Shown here one piece after another: positions 15,057-21,521 of a stretch of DNA of 36,181 nucleotides; within the stretch, counting starts at the first letter, position 1, and each line of letters begins with the position of its first letter. The translations under genes were made by a program, and so were the position numbers. Below the pieces are notes generated by a model that had not been told where the DNA came from, searched no databases, and worked only from the letters and a program-made list of their open reading frames with translations. Source of the DNA: Acidobacteriota bacterium (GTDB lineage Bacteria; Acidobacteriota; Vicinamibacteria; Vicinamibacterales; JAENWD01); assembly GCA_046731935.1 (NCBI GenBank), contig JBKPMA010000287.1, positions 1-36,181 on the forward strand. Direction: 5' to 3'.

Positions 15057-15986
15057 ATGGCGAGCGCCCGCTCCATCGTCGTCGCCGGATCCCTCAATGC
15101 CGACCTCGTGGTCGGCGTGCCGCGCTTTCCTCGTCCGGGTGAAACACTGACTGGCAGCGGTTTCGCACAGTTTCCGGGCGGTAAGGGTGCGAACCAGGCG
15201 TATGCCGCTGCCCGGCTTGGCGGAGCGGTGCGACTCGCCGGCCAGGTGGGCCAGGACGATCTCGGCACCTGGCTGCTCGACCATCTGGCGAGCGCACGTG
15301 TCGATGTGAGCGCCGTTGGCCGAGATACCAGCGTCTCGACCGGTCTGGCGATCATCACGGTGGATACGACAGGACAGAACTCAATCGTGCTGGTGCCGGG
15401 CGCGAATGGGACCTTCGTGTCTGACCGCCTCGGTGCGGCCGGGATCGAGTGGGGTTCGACACGCGTGCTGCTGCTGCAGCTCGAGATACCGCTCGAGACC
15501 GTGCTCGCCGCGGCCCGCGCCGCGCGCGCGGCTGGGTCGCTCGTGCTCCTCGATCCCGCCCCGGCTCGCGAGGTGCCTGACGAACTGCTGGCGCTCAGCG
15601 ATTATGTGACGCCGAACGAGTCGGAGCTTTGCTCCCTGACGGGCGGCGGATCCCTCGACGGCGAGGACGATCTGGTGCGTCGCGCGCAGGCACTGCGCGC
15701 ACGAGGCGCCGGGCGCGTCATCGTGAAATGGGGCGATCGGGGTGCCGTGCTGGTCGCCGATCGCATCCATCACTGGCCCGCACATCGGGTTCGAGCCGTT
15801 GACACGACGGCTGCCGGCGACGCATTCAACGGCGCACTGGCAGTGGGGCTGGCCGACGGACACTCCATCGAGGATGCTGGTCGAATGGCCTCGGCCGCTG
15901 CGGCGCTGTCTGTCACCCGCAAAGGCGCACAGACGAGCATGCCGACGCTCGAAGAGGTGCGCGCGTTCACTGACGGCGCACGGTGA
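15057..15986 (+). CDS. rbsK: ribokinase (PfkB family)
   Basis: Blocks are [49 protein letters not shown], and the C-terminal [14 protein letters not shown] anion-hole/catalytic Asp motif. Confidence 0.85.
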   Translation: MASARSIVVAGSLNADLVVGVPRFPRPGETLTGSGFAQFPGGKGANQAYAAARLGGAVRLAGQVGQDDLGTWLLDHLASARVDVSAVGRDTSVSTGLAIITVDTTGQNSIVLVPGANGTFVSDRLGAAGIEWGSTRVLLLQLEIPLETVLAAARAARAAGSLVLLDPAPAREVPDELLALSDYVTPNESELCSLTGGGSLDGEDDLVRRAQALRARGAGRVIVKWGDRGAVLVADRIHHWPAHRVRAVDTTAAGDAFNGALAVGLADGHSIEDAGRMASAAAALSVTRKGAQTSMPTLEEVRAFTDGAR

Positions 15987-15994
15987 AGGCCGTC

Positions 15995-16079
15995 GTCTTC
16001 GGATTCACGTTCGTATTCGTGTTCGCGTTTCGTCAAAGGTCAAAGGTCAAGCGTCAACCGTCATTCGTCATTGGTCCCG
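15995..16079. repeat. composite tandem array: 6 hexamers (GNNTTC) followed by 7 heptamers (SGTCANN)
   Basis: Hexamers are gtcttc ggattc acgttc gtattc gtgttc gcgttt. Heptamers are cgtcaaa ggtcaaa ggtcaag cgtcaac cgtcatt cgtcatt ggtcccg. The array lies between the rbsK stop (15986) and the oxidoreductase ATG (16089). Confidence 0.9.
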
Positions 16080-16088
16080 TCCTTCCAA

Positions 16089-17180
16089 ATGTCTGATCTC
16101 AAAGTCGCCCTCATCGGCACTGGCGGCATCGCACTCGCCAACCATCTGCCTGGTATCAATCGTTGCCCGGGAGCGGCCGTGACCGCGCTCTGCGACGTCA
16201 ATCCTGAGGTCGTGGCAGCGGCCGCGCGCGCCAGCGGTGTCGCCCGCACGTGGACGGATCCGTTCGCGCTCATCCGCGAGGCCGACGTGGACGCAGTGAT
16301 CATCGCGACGCCGAACCGTGTCCATCACGCGATTGCGCTCGCGGCAATCGAGACGGGCCGTCACGTGCTGTGTGAGAAGCCGCTGGCGATGTCACTCGGC
16401 GAGGCGCTCGACATGACCGAACGCGCCGACGCCGCGAAGCTCCGCCACATGACCGCATTCACGTACCGCTTCGTGCCGGCCATGCGGTACATGCGTCACC
16501 TCGTGCACGAAGGCTACGTCGGACCTCCCTGGCACTTCCGCGTACAACGTTTCCAGGATTGGGACCGCCGGGCGTTGGGCTGGCGGCAGCAGTCATCCGA
16601 AGCGGGCACCGGCGAAGTGGGTGACATGCTCTCCCACCGGATCGACTACGGACATTCGCTCATCGGGCCGATTGTTCGCGTCGCCGCACAGACCAAACGT
16701 GTCTGGGACAGCCGGGTGGCGGCCGACGGACGGGAATACCCGTCCGATCTCGAGGACTGGGTCGGATGTCTTGCGACGTTCGCAGGGGGAGCAACCGGAG
16801 TGCTCGAGAGTACGAAGATCGCCACGGGACGCGGCGAAGGCGGACGGAGCCGCGACTACTGCGAAGTGAACGGTCCGGAGGGCACGCTCGTTTTCGAGCT
16901 GTCCGAGCCTCATCGGCTGCTTGGCTCGAGACGCGGGTCCGCTCAGCTCGACCTGATTCCGGTACCAACGGCTTTTCTAAGTGATGGATTGCCGCTGGAC
17001 CCGAGCGTGGATCCGCTCACGGCGTTCCGCTGGGCGCAGAACACGGAGTTCGTCGCCGCAATCCGCGAAGGACGCCCGGCAGTGCCGTCGTTCCGCGACG
17101 GCGCACGGGCCCAGGCGGTCATCGACGCAATCATGGAGTCCGCCAGGGCGGATCGATGGATTGACGTCGAACAAGTATGA
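16089..17180 (+). CDS. Gfo/Idh/MocA family NAD(P)-dependent oxidoreductase
   Basis: ORF 16071-17180, with start preferred at ATG 16089 (MSDLKVALIGTGGIALANHLPG, a Rossmann motif). The EKP motif is present (VLCEKPLAMSL). Confidence 0.85.
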   Translation: MSDLKVALIGTGGIALANHLPGINRCPGAAVTALCDVNPEVVAAAARASGVARTWTDPFALIREADVDAVIIATPNRVHHAIALAAIETGRHVLCEKPLAMSLGEALDMTERADAAKLRHMTAFTYRFVPAMRYMRHLVHEGYVGPPWHFRVQRFQDWDRRALGWRQQSSEAGTGEVGDMLSHRIDYGHSLIGPIVRVAAQTKRVWDSRVAADGREYPSDLEDWVGCLATFAGGATGVLESTKIATGRGEGGRSRDYCEVNGPEGTLVFELSEPHRLLGSRRGSAQLDLIPVPTAFLSDGLPLDPSVDPLTAFRWAQNTEFVAAIREGRPAVPSFRDGARAQAVIDAIMESARADRWIDVEQV

Positions 17181-17183
17181 AGG

Positions 17184-17246
17184 GGAATTCGGAATTCGGA
17201 TTTCGGAGTTCGACGTTAGAAGTTTGGAGTTCGGCGTTCGGAGTTC
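17184..17246. repeat. heptanucleotide tandem array, 9 units, consensus GGAGTTC / GGAATTC
   Basis: Units are GGAATTC GGAATTC GGATTTC GGAGTTC GACGTTA GAAGTTT GGAGTTC GGCGTTC GGAGTTC. It sits in the convergent spacer between the oxidoreductase stop (17180) and the histidine-kinase stop (17281). Confidence 0.9.
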
Positions 17247-17280
17247 GTAGAGCCGGAGCCTTGCGCCTGCGGCGGGCTTC

Positions 17281-19242
17281 CTAGGCGCCTCGCACGCCTC
17301 GGGCCAGCGTCGCGATCACGTCGGCAAAGTCCCGGCTGTCCACCGGCTTCGACAGGTGGGCGTCGTAGCCGGCGGCCAGCGCGCGCACCTGATCCTCACC
17401 GCGCGCGAACGCCGTCAGGGCGATCGCCGGCAATCCCGCAAGAGGCTCCGCCGATCCACGGACCTGCGCGATCAGCGCGTAGCCATCCGTATCCGGCATG
17501 CTGATGTCGCTGACGAGCACGTCCGGCAGGCCTCGCTGCAGGACTTCGATCGCTTCGCCGACGCTCGACGCCGTGGCCACCTCGGCGCCGCGCTCGCGCA
17601 GCACGTGCTCCGCCAACTCGCGCGCGTCCGCATCGTCATCGACCACGAGCACGCGAATGCCATCTAGAACGACCGGGTGAACGTGCCGGCGGCCGCGGAG
17701 CGCCGACGCGGATTCGTCGTGAGCCACGGCTTCGATGACGGGGAGAGCGACGGTGAAGACCGACCCACGGTCCACGCCTTCGCTGTGCGCCTCGACGCGT
17801 CCGCCGTGCATCTCCACGAGATGACGCGTGATGGCGAGGCCCAGCCCGAGACCGCCGTGACGGCGGGTGCTCGAGGCATCGGCCTGCCGGAACCGTTCGA
17901 AGACGTGCGGGAGGAACTCGGGATCAATCCCACAGCCGGTGTCGGCGATGACGATCCGCCGCTCGCCATGTGCGGCTTCCACATGCACCGACACCTTGCC
18001 AGCCGTCGGCGTGAACTTGATCGCATTCGACAGAAGGTTGAGGACGATCTGTTGGAGGCGGTTCGGATCGGCCCTGACCAGCCCGCTCGTCGCTGGGCCC
18101 CGCGTGCACGCCAGCTCGATGCCCTTGAGCTCGGCGGACGGACGGAGCGTCTCTGCCGCCGCTTCGACGATGGGCGCGAGCTCGAGGGGCTCGAGCAGGA
18201 GCCGGACCTTGCCCGACAGGATGCGGCTCATGTCGAGCAGGTCGTCGATGAGCTGCGACTGAACGCGAACATTGCGCTCGATGACCTGCAGCCCTCGTAG
18301 CACGCGCGCATCGGTGGCGTGGTGCTGGAGCACCTGGGCCCACCCCAACATCGCATTGAGCGGCGTTCTGAGCTCGTGCGACAGCGTGGCGAGGAACTCG
18401 TCCTTCATGCGCCCTGCCCGCTCGGCGTCCGCGCGTGCAGCGCGCTCACTGTCCAGCAGATGATCGCGCTCGCGCTCGGCCCGCCGGCGATCCGTCAGAT
18501 CGATGGCCGCACATGCGAGCCCGGTGATGCGGCCCGCGTCATCCCGGATCGGCTCGACGATCATGTCGTAGCACGCGTCGATGACACCGAACGAGAGCTG
18601 CATTTCCGCGCGTTCCCCACGGCCGGTTTCGAGCACCAGGCGTTTGAACGCCATCAACGGCGCTGCCGTCTGCTGCGGGAAGATCTCGGCGTCCGTACGG
18701 CCGATGAAGGCTTCCGGCTTCCGCCACACCGCGTTGTGGATCCACGTGTAGCGGAGCGCGAGGTCGTGATTGAAGAGGATCACGGGCGCGTGGCTCAGCG
18801 CGATCTCGAACCGTTCCTTGCTGCGCGCCAGCGCGAGCTGAATGTGATGGCGGGCCGTGACGTCCTGCAGGACTGCGAGCGCCTGCGGTTCGTCGCTGGA
18901 GTTCGCGAGCAGCGTCACGCTCACGTCCGCCCAACGCGGCGTACCGTCTTTGCTGATGTACCGCCGTTCGGCGGTATACCGCCTGGATTCGCGCCGCAGC
19001 ATGCGCGCGAACTCTGCGCGAATCAGCGCGTGTTCTTCAGGAGGGGCGATGTCGTTGACCGTCGACTCGGTGAGCTCTTCGACGCTGTAGCCCGTCAGCG
19101 CGGCCATACCGCGGTTGACCCGGAGGAAGCGGCCGGTGCGGATGTCGGCCACCGCGACAGCGACAGGGAGTTGTTCGAATACTGCCCAGGCAGACTCGTC
19201 AAGGCGCACGCGGGGAACGGAGGTCTGGATCCGGGGGGACAT
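17281..19242 (-). CDS. cytoplasmic hybrid sensor histidine kinase (PAS repeats - HisKA - HATPase_c - receiver)
   Basis: ORF 17281-19308, with start preferred at ATG 19242 (GGAG lies 4 nt upstream). It has PAS-like N-terminal repeats, the H-box LATLSHELRTPLNAMLGW, the ATPase boxes LLSNAIKFTP / DTGCGI / GGLGLGLAI, and a C-terminal receiver (VLVVDDD...DISMPDTDGY...SKP). No TM segment was seen. Confidence 0.85.
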   Translation of the reverse strand: MSPRIQTSVPRVRLDESAWAVFEQLPVAVAVADIRTGRFLRVNRGMAALTGYSVEELTESTVNDIAPPEEHALIRAEFARMLRRESRRYTAERRYISKDGTPRWADVSVTLLANSSDEPQALAVLQDVTARHHIQLALARSKERFEIALSHAPVILFNHDLALRYTWIHNAVWRKPEAFIGRTDAEIFPQQTAAPLMAFKRLVLETGRGERAEMQLSFGVIDACYDMIVEPIRDDAGRITGLACAAIDLTDRRRAERERDHLLDSERAARADAERAGRMKDEFLATLSHELRTPLNAMLGWAQVLQHHATDARVLRGLQVIERNVRVQSQLIDDLLDMSRILSGKVRLLLEPLELAPIVEAAAETLRPSAELKGIELACTRGPATSGLVRADPNRLQQIVLNLLSNAIKFTPTAGKVSVHVEAAHGERRIVIADTGCGIDPEFLPHVFERFRQADASSTRRHGGLGLGLAITRHLVEMHGGRVEAHSEGVDRGSVFTVALPVIEAVAHDESASALRGRRHVHPVVLDGIRVLVVDDDADARELAEHVLRERGAEVATASSVGEAIEVLQRGLPDVLVSDISMPDTDGYALIAQVRGSAEPLAGLPAIALTAFARGEDQVRALAAGYDAHLSKPVDSRDFADVIATLARGVRGA

Positions 19243-19343
19243 TCCACTCCGGCCGGGGGGCGGGGTCAGTTTACTGCCAGGGGTCCGGCAGAAGAAGCGC
19301 CGAGCCACTGCTGAGGTTCAAATGTCGCGCAAGCGCGATTACC

Positions 19344-20150
19344 TCACGCTCTCACTCCTGCCGAGGCCGTCCAGCCCCCATCCACGAAGAGCGTCTGTCC
19401 GGTGATATAGCTGCTGGCGTCAGACGCGAGCAGCACGGCAGCGCCCGCAAGGTCAGCCGGAACGCCCGGACGAGCTTGGGGAATGACGCTGACGGCACTC
19501 TCGTGCAGTTCGGGATTCGAGAACACGGCGTCGGTCATGGAGGTCCAGAAGCGGCCCGGCGCAATCGCATTGACCGTGACGCCATCCTTCGCCCACTCGA
19601 TGGCCAACGCGCGGACCATCGCACCAAGTGCCGACTTGCTCATCGAGTAGACCGAAACATTGGGCAGCGCGACCTTTGTCGCGACCGACGTCACGGCGAT
19701 GAACCGCCCGTGCCCCTGCGCACGCATCACGGGCGCGGCGGCCTGCGCGAGGAAGAAGCCCGACTCGACGTTCACCCGCATGACCTGCGCAAACTGCTCG
19801 CGCGAGAACTCGACGGCAGGCTGCCGCACGTTGATGCCCGCCGCGTGGACGACGATGTCGAGCCGTCCGAAATGATCGCGCGCGTGCTCGACCACTCGAA
19901 CCGGCGCGTCTTCAGACGTCATGTCGGCAGGCACCGCCAGGACCCGCCGGCCGATGGCCTGCACCATCTGAGAGGCGCGGTCCAAATCGCTCGCGGTTCG
20001 GGACACGAGCGCGACGTCGGCACCGGCATGCGCCAGCGCCAGGGCGATGCCGAGGCCAATGCCACGGCTGCCTCCAGTGACGAGTGCCACCCGGCCGTCG
20101 AGCCGGAGGGAGGGCATCGCAAAGTCGGTATCAGAAGGGCGCGAAGTCAT
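19344..20150 (-). CDS. SDR-family oxidoreductase (gluconate 5-dehydrogenase / KduD-like)
   Basis: ORF 19344-20714, trimmed to ATG 20150. Motifs are VALVTGGSRGIGLGIA (TGxxxGxG), HAAG (the NNAG-position motif) and the catalytic YSMSK (YxxxK). The ATG overlaps the upstream stop as ATGA (20147-20150). Confidence 0.85.
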   Translation of the reverse strand: MTSRPSDTDFAMPSLRLDGRVALVTGGSRGIGLGIALALAHAGADVALVSRTASDLDRASQMVQAIGRRVLAVPADMTSEDAPVRVVEHARDHFGRLDIVVHAAGINVRQPAVEFSREQFAQVMRVNVESGFFLAQAAAPVMRAQGHGRFIAVTSVATKVALPNVSVYSMSKSALGAMVRALAIEWAKDGVTVNAIAPGRFWTSMTDAVFSNPELHESAVSVIPQARPGVPADLAGAAVLLASDASSYITGQTLFVDGGWTASAGVRA

Positions 20151-21427
20151 GAGGCGTGGACACCGGAGAGGAGATCGGCCGACGCATCGAAGTTGCCGGC
20201 CGCGTCGAGCGGCCAGTCCGTGGGCGACCCGAGTGGCTCGACGTCGGCTCTGTCGGCCAGCGCGGAGAGACACGCTTCCGATGCGACGACGTGTTCGAGC
20301 GCGAGGGTATTCCGGATCCGCAGAATCGTGGCGGACTCGGGCGGGACCCCGGCGACCCGCAGCACCGCCTGCAGGCACTCGGCATCGGTTGGAAAATTGA
20401 TCGAAATGCGAACGGTGGCCGGCGTCATCGCCGAGAGCGCGTTGGTGTAGCTGACGCGCCGATCCATCTGCGACACCAGCCGGCTCGACACGACGTCGGC
20501 CAGACCGATGCCAACGGCGTTGCCATGCGAGCCGGGAGTGAGGCTGCGCGCATAAATCGCGCGCACGCTCGCCCGCCGATTTGCCATCGGCATCGTATCG
20601 ACGCCTCGCCCGATGATGTTGGTGTCCATCCCGCAGCCGCTGATGTCTTTGCCGATTTCGTCCACGACCAGCACGTCTACATTGGGCAGCGGGAGCGACG
20701 GCATCCAGGCCCATGCCTGCGTGAACATTTCAGGTTCCCGCGTTTCGAACTCGGATCCACGAAGCGCCTCTACCTTGGCCAAGTGGTGCGTGCCGTCCTC
20801 TACGAGTGCGACGCCGTAGAGGCTCGGCAGCTTGGACGCGACGACGGCGGCGACTTCCCTGATCACACGCTCGTGGCCGAATCGCGACGCTGCCAGGTGG
20901 CAGGTCGTGGCTCCGGTCACCTTGCCGAGACCGATCCCGCACATCTTCCGCAAGCCGCTGCCGAGGGTGGCGCTCGAAAAATCCGTGTGCGGCTTCACTC
21001 GATTGATCAGCACGACGGCATCGGCGTCGAGTGCCACGGTGGACGCATGGACGGCAATCCCTGACGGCGTCTCCCCGAGCTGGCGCGTCGTCACGTCATC
21101 GCGAATCGGAGCGCCCATCGTGGATTCCGTGATTCCGTACGAGGCCAGGAGCTCGCGCTGCCCTTCAGGCGTTCCGCCGCCATGACTACCCATGGCAGGA
21201 ATGACGAAGGGCTCAGCTCCCTGCGCTCGCAGCCACCGCACCACCGCCCCCACGACGACCGCGATGCGATCGATGCCGCGGCTGCCGGCGCCCACCGCCA
21301 CCTTGCGGCCCGCCCAGGGCTCCGAGGAGAGTCGCGCCAGACGCTCCGTCACCTCGCGCGCGGGATCCGCGAGCGCGTGTGAAGCAAGGCGTTGGCGAAC
21401 GAGGACCTGGCGAGGCAGCGTCAGCAT
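20147..21427 (-). CDS. LarA-like (DUF2088, lactate-racemase N-terminal domain-like) protein; tentative family assignment
   Basis: ORF 20147-21541, trimmed to ATG 21427 (GGAG lies 6 nt upstream). Blocks VAVGAGSRGI, IPAMGSHGGGTPEGQ, NRVKPHTDF, GLRKMCGIGLGK and IGKDISGCGMDTNIIGR resemble proteins I recall being annotated as lactate racemase domain-containing. The canonical LarA catalytic motifs were not verified. Confidence 0.45.
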   Translation of the reverse strand: MLTLPRQVLVRQRLASHALADPAREVTERLARLSSEPWAGRKVAVGAGSRGIDRIAVVVGAVVRWLRAQGAEPFVIPAMGSHGGGTPEGQRELLASYGITESTMGAPIRDDVTTRQLGETPSGIAVHASTVALDADAVVLINRVKPHTDFSSATLGSGLRKMCGIGLGKVTGATTCHLAASRFGHERVIREVAAVVASKLPSLYGVALVEDGTHHLAKVEALRGSEFETREPEMFTQAWAWMPSLPLPNVDVLVVDEIGKDISGCGMDTNIIGRGVDTMPMANRRASVRAIYARSLTPGSHGNAVGIGLADVVSSRLVSQMDRRVSYTNALSAMTPATVRISINFPTDAECLQAVLRVAGVPPESATILRIRNTLALEHVVASEACLSALADRADVEPLGSPTDWPLDAAGNFDASADLLSGVHAS

Positions 21428-21447
21428 GGTTCGGCTCCGATCGCAGC

Positions 21448-21460
21448 ATTCTAGTAGAAT
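21448..21460. promoter_or_regulatory. perfect palindrome ATTCTA-G-TAGAAT in the divergent intergenic region; reads TAGAAT (-10-like) on both strands
   Basis: Seen directly at 21448-21460. It lies 20 nt upstream of the LarA-like ATG (minus strand) and 61 nt upstream of the ABC-F TTG start (plus strand). No good -35 was seen on either side. Confidence 0.35.
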
Positions 21461-21521
21461 CAACGCCAAAGCGGCTCGGTCCGAGCACAAACCTCTTCCC
21501 GCCCGGCATGGATGTGCGGCA

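Noticed and set aside
13944-15284. 446-aa minus-strand ORF antisense to the ABC permease and ribokinase. This also covers ORF 14414-15142 (+).
   Set aside because: They are shadow ORFs. The permease frame shows clear TM periodicity and the RbsC motif, while these ORFs are highly charged, Arg/Asp/His-rich junk.
17184-17197. Two adjacent EcoRI sites (GGAATTC GGAATTC), considered as a hint of restriction-modification or cloning-vector sequence.
   Set aside because: They are simply two units of the heptamer array. No R-M genes or vector-like sequence are nearby.
18319-19314. 331-aa plus-strand ORF antisense to the histidine kinase. Similar cases are 19476-20450 (+), 20156-21064 (+), 21213-22364 (-), 22815-23489 (-), 23730-24716 (-), 25429-6340-type ORFs (5429-6340 -), 30435-31669 (-), 31959-32621 (-), 32861-33661 (-) and 34279-35567 (+).
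   Set aside because: Each overlaps a gene with unambiguous family motifs on the other strand or frame. Each has the Arg/Gly/Asp-rich composition of GC-rich non-coding frames.
19325-19338. Palindrome TCGCGC-AA-GCGCGA just downstream of the SDR stop, considered as a terminator.
   Set aside because: A 2-nt loop is sterically impossible, so the effective stem is only 5 bp. There is no U-tract, so it is not convincing.
21473-21487. GCTCGG-T-CCGAGC hairpin in the ABC-F leader, considered as an attenuator. Also considered whether the ABC-F gene is an antibiotic-resistance (ARE) type.
   Set aside because: The stem is short with a 1-nt loop, and no leader peptide or terminator was found. ARE and housekeeping ABC-F proteins cannot be told apart by eye.
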